The translations under genes were made by a program, and so were the position numbers. A stretch of 64,000 nucleotides of DNA from Mustelus asterias. Its lineage: Eukaryota. The DNA is taken from the NCBI RefSeq assembly GCF_964213995.1, contig NC_135817.1, positions 79,546,001-79,610,000 on the forward strand, in the 5' to 3' direction. Shown here piece by piece: positions 26,290 to 40,350 of this stretch (position 1 is its first letter; each line of letters starts with the position of its first letter). Under the pieces are notes generated by a model. That model saw only the letters and a list, made by a program, of their open reading frames with translations, made no database searches and was not told the DNA's origin.

Positions 26290-27600
26290 ATTTTTATTCA
26301 TTTGTTGCATGAGCTTCGCTGGCAAGACCATTTATTACCCATCACTAATCATCATTGAAACCACTGATGAGCCATCTTCTTGAACTGCCACTGCAGTTCA
26401 TGTGGTGTTGAGAGAGAGTTTCAAGATTTTGACCCAGTGACAGTGAGCCAGTGACAGGGTCCATGATGGTGTATGACATGGAAATTTGCAGCCGGTGTTT
26501 CACATGCCTACGCTGCTCTTTTTCCTCCAAGTTACTGTTTTGGAAGATGTGTTGAAGGAACCTTGATAAATTGCTGCAACTTTGTGCTGATAGTGGAGGT
26601 GTTTAAGTTAGTTGATGTGGTGCTAATCAAGTAAGCTGCTTTGTCTGGATGGTGTTGAGTTTCTTGTGTGTTGTTTGAAGTACACTGTCAGCGGACAGTA
26701 TTCCATCACCCTCCTGATCAGTTCCTTGTACATGGTGGAAAAGCTTTGGGGTGCCAGGAATGTTTCTCACTGCAGCAATCTCAACCTCTGAGCTCCACTT
26801 ATTGGCACAGTATTTGCGTGGCTGGTACAGTTAAGTTTCAGGTCAATGGTAAACCCTCCAGGATGCTGATATTAAGGGGGATTCAATTTTGGTAATGTCA
26901 TTGAGTGTCAAAGGTTAGATTCTCTTCTTGGAAATGGTCATTCCTGGCACTCATGTGGCATGAATGTTACTTTCCACTTACCAGCCCAGTTCTTGAATGT
27001 TGCCCTGGTCTTGCTGCACACAGACACAGACTGTTTCACTATCTGAGGAGTTGTGAATGGTATTGAACACTGCAATCATTTGCGCGTATCCCCACTTTTG
27101 ATGTTATGATGGCGGAAAGATCATTAATGAAACAACAGATGAAGATTAGTCTAGGACACTCCCCTGAGAAGCTCCTGCAGTGAAGTCATCCAAGAACCAC
27201 AACCATCTTCCTTTGTACCAGGTATGACTCCAACCAGTGGAGAGACTCATTCCTTCCCTCCACCTCCTGCCACACCACCCCTCATTATTTGCTAAGGTTC
27301 CTTGATGCCACACTCCATCAAAAGCTAACTTGGTGTCACCTCATCTCAGATTTAAGTTCTTTTGTCCATATTTGAACTTTTATGAGATCTGGAGTCGAGC
27401 GGAACCCACACGGAGCATTGCTGAGCAGGTTATTGCTGAGTAAGTGGTGTTTGGTAGCACTGTCGGTGACACCTTACATCACTTTGCTGCTGATTGAGTA
27501 GACTAATTGGCCGGATTAAATGTGTCCTGGTTTCTTTTCTGGCAGGATGTAACTGGAAAGGTTTCCACATTTTCGGATATGTTTGTATTGTAGCTGTAGG
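26290..27600 (-). mobile_element. Decayed LINE (family of 62745-63400) just downstream of APP
   Basis: Starts with the reverse-complemented tail tttattcatt...ctggc...tttattacccatcacta; body matches 56330-56930. Confidence 0.65.
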
Positions 27601-28589
27601 TATAAAATTTAGATGGAGAACTGAGCTTGGTAGTCATAAAATTCAAGGCTATGGGCCAAGTGCTGGTAAATGGGATTAGGTGGGAGTTCAGGTGTTTCTT
27701 GCATGCCGATGCAGACTCGATGGGCCAAAGGGCCCCTTCTGCACTGTATAATTCTAAGCTCTCTTCTGGTCTTCCTCTCCACTCACTTCACTGCACAATT
27801 ATCACACCTGTTTCTTTTGCCCGTTTAGTGAGCTCTGGTAAACGTTGAATTGGAAGCAATTTTATGCTATGCACCCCATGCCCTGTATTCACTGAATTAC
27901 AAATGGTTGAACTTAACTTTGCTTCAGACTTGTAAAGCCAAAAAGCCACTTCCACTCCTTCCATTTGGACTGCACTTCAAAGCAGGACACAAAAGTGAGG
28001 GGGCAGATTTTAATCTAGCTTCTGCACTGCATTCATTTTCAAAAAGCACCACGTGATGTGTATTTTGTGCCCATTAGATTAAGGGATGCCAAAACGGCAC
28101 TGAGAATTTTTACATTGTGCAGACATGAATACTGCTAACAGCAAGGACTTACTAACTGTAGTGCTCCTCATCTAGCAAAGTACTTTTATGTTGAGAACAA
28201 ATCAGTAGACACTGAGTAATTGAAGGGGAGGGAGCGTTGCTGAAGGGAGGAGAGCAGTAAAGTGCAGGCAGAGAAGGGCTTGGATAGGGGTGGTGCAAGG
28301 TAGGGGATCTGGTTAAGCTGCACGGTAGGATCAGAAGGTACATGCAGATTACTTGGAGGGAATTTTCAATGCAGTCTGCCGTCAACTGTGCTTTAGTTGT
28401 ACCAGTCTTCCCTCCTGAGTCAGAAGGTTATGGTTTCAACTCCCAATCCAGTGACTTGCACAAAATTAGTTCTGACATTCCAATACACAAGCAAGGGACC
28501 TGTCATTCAGATGAAATGTGAAACCCAAGGCACTCCAAAGACTTTACTGCCCTTTTGTGATATTATCCCCAAGAGGAGTAAGGAAGTTA

Positions 28590-28765
28590 TTATTTATTAG
28601 TTTTACAAGTAGGCTTGCATTAACACTGCAATTAAATTACTGTGAAAATCCCCTTGTTGCCACAGTGGCGCCTGTTCGGGTACATTGAAGGAGAATTTAA
28701 CATGGCCAATGCACCTAACCAGCACGTCTTTTGGACTGTGGGAGGAAACGAGAGCACCCGGAGGA
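28590..28765 (-). mobile_element. V-SINE 3' part with alternative tail, nested in a DeuSINE-like copy (about 28405-28855)
   Basis: tttattag...caagtaggcttgcattaacactgcaat...ggaggaaac. Confidence 0.7.
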
Positions 28766-29437
28766 AGTTCTTGGCCTGGAGAATGTTTATCCCACAACCA
28801 ACGTAAAAGAAAACTATCTACTCATCATCACATTGCATCTACAACATTCTGGATAAATTAAAACTGGTGGTGGAGTGGGGGCAAGAGCACACAGTGAAGC
28901 TAATCCTTCGGATCATGAAGGGACTGACTGGGGTGCCACGTAGGTGGCCAGTAATGTTACGAAAGAAAGCAACCTTTGGTAATGGATCCTCCCCTCAGTC
29001 TGATGTAGCAACCAAGGAATTCAACAAAGTCAAAGGCTGGAGGTGTGTAAATGCTGCTAGATGCCAAACCAGATGGCCAAGTGGCAAGAGCACAGATGTG
29101 CCAAGTGCATGTGTAACAGTGGATTAATGTCCAATCCACCAAAAGGCCTGTCCAGATTCTCTCAGGAGGAATTTGGTTGAGGACAAGTAGTACCTGTCCC
29201 AGATAACTGCATCCCAGAACCATTTATCATTTCATTAAATCCCTTGCATAAGTTTAGAAAAAAAGCAGTCATGCACTTCTTACTGCAAGGAATTGCTTGA
29301 GGTAGCGCGAGAAAGGAGTTGACATTGAACTTCCCAGCATTGAAAGCTGTAAATGGTAAATAACCTGAAAGTGCCCAACAGTCTGAGGCAGAAAGGATTG
29401 GATAGCGGTATAGTTTCAACTTTTGCTTTTGATTTTC

Positions 29438-29806
29438 TGGTTCATTTGGTAGCACCCTCATCTGAGTCAAAAGGTCATGGATTCAAGTCCTCACTCCAAA
29501 GACTTGAGCACATAATCTAGGCCAACACTGCAGTTCTGAGGGAGTCTGCCATGCTATCTTTTGGGTGCGATTTTATACCAAGGCTTTGTCTTCTCTCTCA
29601 GGTGGACATAAAACAATATTTTGACGAGAATCGGGCATTCTCATGTCCTGGCCAATACCTCAACTAACATCATTATCTTGTCATGATCAGATTGCTGTTT
29701 GTCAAATCTTGGTGTATGCAATTTGGCTGCAATGTATCCTACTCTAAGACAGCAGCTATGCTTCAAAATTACATGATTGGCTGTAAAATGCTTTTGGGAT
29801 ATTTCA
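29438..29806 (+). mobile_element. DeuSINE-like SINE
   Basis: ggtagcaccctcatctgagtca...gacttgagcacataatc...ggctgtaaaatgcttttgggat. Confidence 0.7.
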
Positions 29807-30844
29807 GGAACAGGTGTAAACCATTCAACCCCTGCAAAATTCAATTGAGATAATATCTGCATCTTCACTCCATCTGCCTGCCTTGGCTCCACATCCTTCT
29901 AGACCCTTGTTTGGCACAAATCTATCGATCTTTGACTGGTAAATTCCCGAGGTCTTAAATGATAAAATTGCACTTAATCTCTGAGCCTCTCCAAAATGTT
30001 CCAAGCCTAGTTCTGGATGTAACAGATGATCAATAGAAGCTCACAGTTTCACAGCTGAAGGCATGATGCAGAGCTGTTTCATCAGTAGTGTTGCAGCTGG
30101 GTATACCAGCATGGAATGCTTTCAAAAATCAAGCCTCAGTTCCCAACCTAGGGAATTAAGAAGTGTGAATGCTGAAATAGAAAATGGGATCAGAACGAGA
30201 AAGATTAATATTGCAGGTGTGTGATCTATCATCTCATAAATTCAAGTATAGTTCTATTGTTGTATCACAAAGGATGTACAGCAACTGGACTTTCAACTTG
30301 ACAGATCCATGCTCCACACACATCTGAGAGTCAATAATGATGCAGAGACTTTCTATGGAAAATAAGTGTGAAAGATGTTTTTTTTTCTTAAAATAAGAAT
30401 TGTGCAAAAGTATATTGACTGAGAGCTAAAGGAAATTAAACTGCCCAGCATTCAGATCTGCAATCTCCCATGGACCCAGTGAATCGCTGTGGGTTATAAA
30501 GAATAATTTATTTTCATCTCTCTCACCTTTCCTAATTTGTTGCTTCTAAAGAGTGAAATATCGCCGATCTTTCTGCCATTTCCACTGAATGATGTGTGGT
30601 GTCGGCTCTGAACTTTTACCTGATACAACCACATGGGCACACTACGACATCGTATACAATCAACAGGGTGCACTGCAGAAAGTGGTCAAGGTTTCTCCAG
30701 CTATTAATCAAACATGCAATCTCCATCACCTCGAAGGACAAGAGCAGCGGATGCTCATCGCCTCCAAGATTGCCACCAAGCCACACACTATCCTGAAAGG
30801 CACACGTCGCCACTCCAGGTCAAAATCCAGGAACTCCCTACCTT

Positions 30845-31520
30845 TACTCAGGTAAGGAACACAAAATTAGTATGCAGATCCAGCAAGCAATTAAGGTAAA
30901 TGGAATGTTGGCCTTTTTTGGAGGGGGATTAAATAAAACAATAAAGAAACCTTGCCACAATTGTACAGGGCTTAAGTGAGACCACATCGTTAGTAATGTG
31001 ACCAGTTTTGGTTCCACATTTAACAAAAGATATACTTGCCTTGGAGATGGTGCAGTGAAAGTTCACTAGATTTGTTCCTGGGATAAGAGAATTGCCCTAA
31101 GACAGGCTAAGCAAATTGGGCCGGTATTCTCTTCCGTTTAGAATAATGAGATGATCAAATTGAGTCATACAAGATTCCAGAGGGATTTGGAAGTCAGACG
31201 TTGAGAGGTTGTTTCCCCTGACTGGGAAATCTAGAACATGGGGCACGTTCTCGAGATACATTCTCTTTGATGCAAATAAACAGTTTCACCCAGAGGTCTA
31301 CAATTCTTTGGAATTCTTCACTCCAGCAAGTTGTGGTTCTCCATCGTTGAGTACATTTAAGCCGGGGATGGACATTATTTGATCTCTTAGGGAATAGAGG
31401 AATATGGAGAGCAGGCAGAAAAATGAAGTTGAGACAGATGATTGGCCAAGATTGTATTGAATGGCAAAACAGGTTCGAGGGGCTGAATGGTCTACTCCTG
31501 TTCCGACTTGGTACGTTTTT
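30845..31520 (+). mobile_element. Decayed CR1-type LINE 3' fragment
   Basis: ggaatgttggcctt...gagaccaca... and tail ggctgaatggtctactcctg. Confidence 0.7.
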
Positions 31521-31614
31521 ATGTAGGTTGCTGAAGTGACATGATGCAGGTACACAACACAGGGGGGATGCAACCAGACCTGCTGACATCCATTGGCGTC
31601 AGGGTGTAAGGCAT

Positions 31615-31822
31615 CGAAATAAAAACATAAAAATGCTGGAAAAACACAGCAGCATCTGTGGAGAGAGAAATTGAATTAGTATTTCAAGTCCACGTGACTC
31701 TGCTTCTGATTTGAAACATTAACTCTGATTCTCTCTCCACAGATGCTGCAAGACCTGCTGAGCTTTCCAGCATTTTCTGTTTTTGTTTCAGGTTTCCAGC
31801 ATCCGCGGTATTTTGCTTTCAG
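31615..31822. mobile_element. Inverted pair of termini of the second PLE-like family
   Basis: aaaatgctgga...cagcatctgtggagagagaa is inverted against ttctctctccacagatgctgc...tccagcattttctg. Confidence 0.7.
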
Positions 31823-31968
31823 TGTATGTCCGTTCTGAAGCAAACAGTGCATCAGGTATGGATGTCCTTCATTCAGAAAGCACACTGGGGCTGCATGAGT
31901 CTGGAGTCAGTGGAGAGTGATCCAAGCTGGGAATTTGGACAGAAGCTTATATCAGGCGCGTTCTGTCA

Positions 31969-32285
31969 AATAATTAAGGACCCAACGCACCTCAGACATT
32001 CTCTCTTCCACCTTCTACCATTGGGAAAAAGATACAAAAGTCTGCGGTCACGTACCAGCTGACTCAAGAACAGCTTCTTCCCTGCTGCCATCAGACTTTT
32101 GAATGGATCGACCTTATATTAAGTTGATCTTTCTCTACACCCTAGCTATGACCAAAACGCTACATTCTGCACTCTCTCTTTTCCTTCTCCCCTATGTACT
32201 CTATGAATGGTATGTCTTGTCTGCGTAGCGAGCAAGAAACAATATTTTGCACTATATCACAATACATGTGACAATAATAAATTGA
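31969..32285 (+). mobile_element. Rex1/Babar-type LINE 3' fragment
   Basis: IIKDPTHLRHSLFHLLPLGKRYKSLRSRT...NSFFPAAIRLLN; matches 45480-45790. Confidence 0.75.
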
Positions 32286-33138
32286 ATGGAAAATTGTAGA
32301 ATCTATTTGGCTGGGATCATTGAGTGTCTTTAAGACAGAGAAAGATAGGTTCTTGATCAATAAGGGGATCAAGCATTACGGGGAGAAGGCAGGAAAATGG
32401 GGATGAAAATCATATAAGCCATGATTGAATGCCGGAGCAGACTCAATGGGCTGAATGGCCTAATTCTGCTCCTATATCTTATTTTGTGGGATGAATTAAT
32501 TCAGCATATTTGAATCTGAATTGGGTAAAATCTGTTGTCAGGTTAATGGTAGCAGAGCGATAATAAATTACACTGGGCAGTGTTGTAAAATAGACTTAAA
32601 ACACCATGGTGGAAAATTCAGTTGAGTAACAAGTGCAAGTGGAGAATCGGCAACAGTTCAAAAATTGACACCGAATGCAGCCAAGGATTAACGACAAGTG
32701 GAAAATTCAGCTCCCAGTTTCAGGAGTGGCTGAATTCAAACCGTGTGATTGTGGTTAATGCACCGTGAAATTAGTCAAAGCAACTACACCTGCAGGGCCC
32801 ATCCAGTATTGCCTGAATGAGTCGAGTCCTCCCACTTGGAAATTATTACATACTGCTCCGAATTGAAAAATGTTCAACAGTGGGCCACAGACCTTAGGAT
32901 GCTGTGACCTTGGATGACCTGAGGTTTTAGAGCACAGTTCTGACTTTGAAATAAATCCCCATCCCCACTGACCCCACAGTTGTGTTCTGAGGCAAATATG
33001 AGGGGAGCATTGCAGTTTTTCTGTTGCTTCGTCCTGCCCCTCCCCTATCCCGCTGTCTTCCCTCTTTCCTGTTCATGGGGGGTTACAGTCCTGTGAGTGC
33101 TGGCTTCCCCAGGTACTGCTCATTATGAACACATGTAT

Positions 33139-33494
33139 GGCACGGTGGCACAGTGGTTAGCACTGCTGCCTCACAGTGCCAGGGACCCAAGTTCGATTCA
33201 GGCCTTGGATGACTGTCTGTGTGGAGTTTGCACATCCTCCCTGTGTCTGCGTGGGTTTCTTCCGGGTGCTCCGGTTTGTATCCCACAATCCAAACAAGTG
33301 CAGGTTAGGTAGATTGGCCATGTTAAATTGCCTCTTGGGGTCCAAAGATGTGTAGGTTAGGTGAATTAGCCATGGCAAATGTGCAGGGTTACGGGGATAG
33401 AGTGGAGGGAAGGGCCTGATTGGGATGATCTTTCGGAGATTCGGTATAGACATGATGGACTGAATGGCCTCTTCTGCTCTGTAGGGATTCTATA
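33139..33494 (+). mobile_element. HE1-type V-SINE, full length, CR1-type tail
   Basis: tRNA head (A box tggcacagtgg, B box gttcgattc), V domain (gtggagtttgca...ctgcgtgggttt), tail gaatggcctcttctgctctgtagggattct. Confidence 0.9.
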
Positions 33495-34079
33495 GTTCAG
33501 TCTGTTGCAGGAGGCACCTCATTTCTTTATTCGCTATCTTAAGCCACCAAATGGAAACTAGACGTCCCATTGTAAGCTTTCCCCATCACGCCAAAGTTGT
33601 AGTAGAATGGGTCAGCTTTGAACGGTTTTGTTTGAATAGGTGCAAGCTTAGTGAAAAAGAAGAAGGAGGCAAACATAAATTTCAGGTCCCCAGGGTCTAT
33701 CCCAGAGTACTGAGAAAGGCGAGGGAAGAAATTGCTGAGGCCTTGGCCAAAATCTTTGTATCCTCTTTAGCCACGGGCGAGGTACCAGAGGATTGGAGAG
33801 TAGCTAACATTGTTCCTCTGTTTAAGAAGGACAGAAGAGACGGTCCGGGAAATTACAGGCCTGTGAGACTTACATCAGTGATGGGGTAATTATTGGAGAA
33901 GATTCTGAGGGACAGGATTTACTAATATCTGGCTTATTACCGATAGGCAGCATAGTTTTGTGAAGGGGAGGTCGTGTCTCACAAATTTGATTGAGTTCTT
34001 TGAGGAAGTGACAAGAAAAATTGACCAGGGCAGGGCAATGGATGTTGTATACATGGACTTTAGTAAAGCCTTTGATAAG

Positions 34080-34804
34080 AGTCATCAGGAGTATAGAAAC
34101 ACAGAGGGACCTAGGTGTGCAAGTCCACAAATCCTTGAAGGTGGCAACACAGGTGGAGAAGGTGGTGAAGAAGGCATATGGTATGCTTGCCTTTATAGGA
34201 CGGGGTATAGAGTATAAAAGCTGGAGTCTGATGATGCAGCTGTATAGAACGCTGGTTAGGCCACATTTGGAGTACTGAGTCCAGTTCTGGTCGCCGCACT
34301 ACCAGAAGGACGTGGAGGCGTTAGAGAGAGTGCAGAGAAGGTTTACCAGGATGTTGCCTGGTATGGAGGGTCTTAGCTATGAGGAGAGATTGGGTAAACT
34401 GGGGTTGTTCTCCCTGGAAAGACGGAGAATGAGGGGAGATCTAATAGAGGTGTACAAGATTATGAAGGGTATAGATAGGGTGAACAGTGGGAAGCTTTTT
34501 CCCAGGTCGGAGGTGACGATCACGAGGGGTCACGGGCTCAAGGTGAGAGGGGCGAAGTATAATTCAGATATCAGAGGGACGTTTTTTACACAGAGGGTGG
34601 TGGGGGCCTGGAATGCGCTGCCAAGTAGGGTGGTGGAGGCAGGCACGCTGACATCGTTTAAGACTTACCTGGATAATCACATGAGCAGCCTGGGAATGGA
34701 GGGATACAAACGATTGGTCTAGTTGGACCATGGAGCGGCACAGGCTTGGAGGGCCGAAGGGCCTGTTTCCTGTGCTGTACTGTTCTTTGTTCTTTGTTCT
34801 TTGT
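34080..34804 (+). mobile_element. Young 5'-truncated CR1 insertion
   Basis: Nearly open ORF2 C-terminus (LERVQRRFTRMLPG...FFTQRVV) and (ttctttg)n tail. Confidence 0.9.
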
Positions 34805-35816
34805 TCCTCATGGAAGGCTGATACAGAAAGTGAAGTCATATGGGACCTGAGGTGAGCTGGGAAGATGGATATAAAACTGGCTTGGGCATCAAAAGCAGAG
34901 AGTAGCAGTGGAAGGGTACTTTTCTAACTGGAGGTCTGTGACAAGCGGTGTTCCACAAGGATCAGTCCTGGGGGTCTATGTTATTTATATATAAAATGAT
35001 TTGGAAGAAAATAAACTTGGTCTGATTAGTAAATTTGCAGATGATATAAAAATTGGGGGAGTAGTGGATAATGAGGAGGATTGTCAGAGGATATAAATCG
35101 GCTGGAGACCCGGGCCGAAAGATGGCAGGTGGAATTTAACCCGGACAAATGTGAGGTGATGCGATTTGGAAGGTCTACTGCAGAAGGAAAGTATACAGTA
35201 AATGGTAGAGTGCTTAGAAATATTAGCATACAGAGGGATCTAGGTGTGCAGATCCACAGGTCCCTGAAGGTAGCAACTCAGGTGGACAAGGTGGTCAAGA
35301 AGGCGTATGGCATGCTGGCCTTCATCGGTCGGGGCGTTGAGTATAGGAATTGAAAAATCATGTTGCAGCTGTATAAGACTTTGGTTAGGCTGCATTTGAA
35401 GTATTGTGTATAATTCTGGTCACCACACTACCGGAAGGATGTTGATGCATTGGAAAGGGGGCAGAAGAGATTCACCAGGATGTTGCCTGGTTTGGAGGAT
35501 ATGGACTATGAAGAAATGTTGAACAAACCTGGATTGTTTTCATTGGAGCGTCTGAGGGTGAGGGGGACCTGAAAGAGATTTACAAGATTATGACAGGCTT
35601 GGATAGGGTGGATAGTCAGAGTCTTTTTCCCAGGGTCGAGAGGTCAATTACTCGGAGGGCTTAGGTTGAGAGTGAGAGGGGGAAAGTTTAAAAGAGATGT
35701 GAGAGGCAGGATTTTCACACAGAGGGTGGTGAATGCCTGGAATGCGCTGCCGGAGGAGGTGGTGGAAGTAGATTCCATGACAACGTTCAAGAGGCATCTG
35801 GATAGATACATGAATA

Positions 35817-36069
35817 CGGTAAGAAGTCTCACAACACCAGGTTAAAGTCCAACAGGTTTATTTGGTAGCAAAAGCCACTAGCTTGTGAAGCTCTGCTTCT
35901 TCATCAGGTGAGTGGGATGTTGATGATGTCCAATCCCACTCACCTGATGAAGGAGCAGCGCTCCAAAAGCTCGTGGCTTTTGCGACCAAATAAACCTGTT
36001 GGACTTTAACCTGGTGTTGTGAGACTTCTTACTGTGTTTACCCCAGTCCAATGCTGGCATCTCCACATC
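35817..36069. mobile_element. Inverted (hairpin) pair of PLE termini; both hammerhead cores mutated
   Basis: About 100-bp inverted arms; 15-bp TSD atagata(c/a)atgaata at 35802-35816 and 36070-36084. Confidence 0.9.
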
Positions 36070-37271
36070 ATAGATAAATGAATAGGCAGGGAATAGGCAC
36101 GGACCACATAGAGGCAAGAAAATATTAGATTAGTGAGGCAACTGTGTCGGCACAGACTTGGTAGGCCGAAGGGCCTGTTCCTGTGCTGTACTGTCCTTTG
36201 TTCTTTGTTTTAAGTCTTCAGGTGCGCCTAGCCTAAGGATAACTACTGACAATCTAAGTTTTGAATTCTGGTTCAAACTCATTCTCCAAATTCACACCCA
36301 CAAGACAAAAATAAAAGACTGGGACCAATTGCAGTTCTTCACTCCAGCACACCAAGCCCTACAACATCGCCTCCCCTCACCCCACCCATCCCCCACCACC
36401 CCACCCATCCCCCACCACCCCACCCCACCCTTACATGCAGTGTGTGAGAACTCAATACAGGCTCCATCCAGCCTGGGACGTTCATGGCTCATTGCATCAC
36501 CCAATGTTTTAACCAACTGAGCAACTGAGGAGGAGGGGTGGGGTCAGGGGAGTGGGTTAATCAAGTAAAATGCATAGAGCTAGCAATTCATAAGAAATGG
36601 TCCCTCTCTTGCATCAAACCTGAAGTGGTTAATATCAGCCTCAGCTGTCCTGATGTATGAGATTTGTGAGGTATACTGACTGCTCTTCCCTGCTAATTAA
36701 GTGTGGATTATCAATTGGTAACCTTGCTGTGATCACAGTTACTAATCCTCCAGTGTCGACATTCTTAGGCTGCAGCTACACAGAGGGGAGAAGCTTTTGA
36801 GACCCTGTGACACCTGATGTAGCCTAAAAATGGAATAAAGCTCCCCCGCCATCCCTCACTACACAAAGGTGCAAGAGGGTGAACTCACTGGCCCCACAGC
36901 CCTGGCTGTCAGCAGCAGAGACTGAAAAGGCAGACTGAACCTCCAGCTGTGACGTGGGGTTCTCTCTGATGTTGACTGACTGTCGCTGCTGTATATTTTT
37001 AGCATTTTCTGTCGCAATTAACAACCTTTGCCTTTTTTCAAAAAGTTCCTTTTATCTTGGGGGAGAGAAATGATTTTGAGACTGCGTTCTCACCCTGGGT
37101 GGAAGCTGATTTGCAAATTCTGTTTCAGTACCTTTTCACATCCTGAGCCCTTTTAATTAGATTAAACAAAAGCAGAAAATGCTGGAAACAGCCAGCAGGT
37201 CAAGCAGCATCTGTGGAAAGAGAGAAACAAAAAAAAACCTTAATTAGATTAATGGACCGTGATTGTATTTC

Positions 37272-37566
37272 GAATCATAGAATCCCTACGGGGCAGAAGG
37301 AGGCTATTCAGCCCATCGAGCCTGCACTGACAACAATCCCACCCAGATCCTATCCCCGTAATCCCACGTATTTATCCTGCTAATCCCCTTGACACTGACG
37401 AGCAATTTAGCATAGCCAATCCACCTAACCCGCACATCTTTGGAGTATGGGAGGAAACCCACGGAGACATGGGGAGAATGTGCAGATTCCACACAGACAG
37501 TGACCCGAGGCAGGAATTGAACCCCGGTCCCTGGCACTGTGAGGCAGCAGTGCTAACCACTGTGCC
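37272..37566 (-). mobile_element. HE1-type V-SINE
   Basis: Reverse complement of 33139-33494. Confidence 0.9.
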
Positions 37567-38711
37567 AACGTGAACGCAAGGTTTTAAGGCTGCATTTGCT
37601 GCCATCACAGTAGATGCGCAGTCGTACCATTTTACTCCATGAGGTTGTTGCAAGCTCTAGAGGTCAGAATCAAAACCAAAAATATGTTAAGCCGGCTTCT
37701 CTGAATAAAAACAACAGTTTAATAGATTTAACAGAGTTCCAGGAAAAAAATACTTGATGCAGAAAGTTAGATGCGAGCCAGGAACATGGAGCGTGGTACC
37801 ACTTTCCCCTCCATCTCCAACTCAGTTCAACTGCACCAGGCTTGTCACAGCGGTTAAGCACACAGTCCCCCTCCCCCGCCCCCTTTCACTCAGCGTTCCT
37901 TTTCAATCTTCGATTATATAACTAGGAGGGGAAAACAAAGTTTCTCTGATTTTTATTAAATATTCCCTCCCTTCTATCACAGAGTTTTTTAAAAATTAAA
38001 GACAGGTTTTGCTGGCACTTTCTCCAGCCAACAACATTGTTGGTTTTCTGTGCTTGCGTAGATGGGCACCGTCAGCCATCTTGTGTTGGCAGGAGTCACT
38101 TTGGGCTTTCCAATCGGGAGTGATTTAAATTTTCAGCAATGAGGTAAAATGGGCAACTTTGGATAGGCCGTCCGTTGTAAACATTTCCTGATTTAAACAA
38201 GGCAGCTGATTCTACCTGTTACACAAATGTCAAAAGCTAAATTACCCCCCAATCATGTAGTGTGGGACTGCAGTCACACATCAGTCAGACTAGGCAGATG
38301 GTGGTGCTGTGGCAATGTCACTAAACTAGTAAGCCAAAAGCCCAGGCTGATGCCTTTGGGACATGCATTCAAATCCCACTCCAACAGCTGCCCTTGAACT
38401 GAATGGTTTAAAATGGAATAAAACGTCCTGCGAGCCCTCACTACATGAGATGAAATCCCCAATCCACAGCAAAAATTGTCAGCACTGAAGAATGAATAGC
38501 CAGGTTAACCTTCCAGCTGTGATGTTAGGTACTCTCTGATCCTGCATTAATTCAGATCAAAACAGACACTGTATCAATTAGGATCAATTATGCTGCTGCA
38601 GTAACAATACAATGCTGCTGGATCCAGACAAAATGGCTCCAAGTGCATAGAACAAACCCTGTACAAGAAATATGACTAAAATACATTACTTAAAGGCACA
38701 ATATTGTCACA

Positions 38712-39100
38712 ACATATACACACACATAAACATGCATGTACATGCATGCACACATACAAATACATACATACATGCACTCCTACACATACACATGCATACA
38801 AGCGCATATATACATGCAAATACAGACATACACACACAAATGCACACACAATCATACATGCACACACATAGATACACAGAAGCACATGCACACACACAGG
38901 CACGCACACACACGTGCGCACGCANNNNNNNNNNNNNNNNNNNNNNNNNNNNNNNNNNNNNNNNNNNNNNNNNNNNNNNNNNNNNNNNNNNNNNNNNNNN
39001 NNNNNNNNNNNNNNNNNNNNNNNNNNNNNNNNNNNNNNNNNNNNNNNNNNNNGACAAACACTAGCACATACACGGATACACACACACGCTCACAGACACA
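38712..39100. repeat. Degenerate (CA/TA)n microsatellite spanning an assembly gap (N 38925-39052)
   Basis: Alternating purine-pyrimidine tract on both sides of the N run. Confidence 0.95.
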
Positions 39101-40107
39101 CTGGCAGGATAGTGATCAGGAGCAGAATTCCCTGTTGTCTAATGACAATGTTGCTGAGATCATGATGAACACACTTGCTGAGAAGGCTGAATTTACAGTC
39201 TAATCACAGTTACAGACTACTGATTAATGTTGGGACTTGCCAGTCAGTGCGGCTTAATACACATACATTGTTGTGAATCAACAGAACAGAAAATAGGATC
39301 TGCTAACATCTGCTATAATATTTGGTGTTAGCAAAAAAAAGAAGAAAAGCTGTGTTTTCTCTCCTTTCTCCATTGGAATAATTTGAAGATAATAGTTACA
39401 GACGTCATTAAATTTGATCTCCCAGGTAGGACATTATCGGAACCCAGATTAAATCTTCTGAAATTTTAATTTTAATCGCTCCAGGTGCCATCATAAATGC
39501 ACATTCACAGCAAGCTTCTGAAAGCATTACCTTTAAAAACATTCTGACAATTGCAGAATACAACAGCAGAATGACTGTATTTCCTGTTATACCTGAACAT
39601 TTGGTTATCATTTTAACAGAGTACTGAGCAAGTACCATTGCAGCATGTGGTGGAAAATTCCTAGCAACAATAACCCTGGAGAAAATTAACTGCCATTTGG
39701 ACAAGCATGAGGCAGTAAAGAAGAGCCAGCAAGGATTTGTTAATAGCTAATTGCTTTTGCCCTTAATTAACTTGGCTGAGCCAAGGCTCCTTGGACAGCA
39801 CTTTCCAAACCCATGACCTCTACCACCTAGAAGGACAAGGGCAGCAGGTGTATAGGAATAGCACCACCTGCAAATTTCCCTCCAAGCCACCATTTCAAGA
39901 TTTCTTTGCATTAAAGATATTAACAAGTATCTAGAATTAAGAATCTACTGATGACCATGAAACCATTGTTGATTGTTGGAAAAACCCATCTGGTGGTCTT
40001 GCAAGCAAAGCCCACGTCCCTTTTTTTAATTCATTCGTGGGACAAGGCGCCATTCCTGGTTTGTTTTGGAACATGAAAGAGGGGAAGTGTTACTTTGATC
40101 TCGATAA

Positions 40108-40350
40108 TTTTTTTATTCATTCATGGGACATGTGTGTCAATGGCTGGGCCACCATTTATTCCCCATCTCTAGTTGTCCTTGGAGGACAGCTGAGCGTCAA
40201 TCACATTGCTGTGGCTCTGGAGTCACATGTAGGCCAGACCAGGTAAGGACGGCAGATTTCCTTCCCTAAAGGACATTAGTGAACCGGATAGGTTTTCCAA
40301 CAATCAATAAAGGTTTCATGGTCATCAGTAGATTCTTAATTCCAGATTTT
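40108..40350 (-). mobile_element. tRNA-derived SINE 3' part (family of 55822-56178)
   Basis: ggagtcacatgtaggccagaccaggtaaggacggcagatttccttccctaaaggacattagtgaacc; further copies at about 46085-46345, 47797-48100 and 53950-54592. Confidence 0.8.

Larger units (their letters stand above)
33685..36192 (+). mobile_element. CR1/HER1-type LINE ORF2 remnant interrupted by a younger CR1 (34080-34804) and a PLE hairpin (35817-36069)
   Basis: PEDWRVANIVPLFKK, PGNYRPV, DFSKAFDK | (V)PHGRL, FADD motifs with stops and frameshifts. Confidence 0.9.

Noticed and set aside
33139-33200. tRNA-like sequences with A/B boxes (also 49187, 54122, 55822)
   Set aside because: These are SINE heads continuing into SINE bodies, not tRNA genes.
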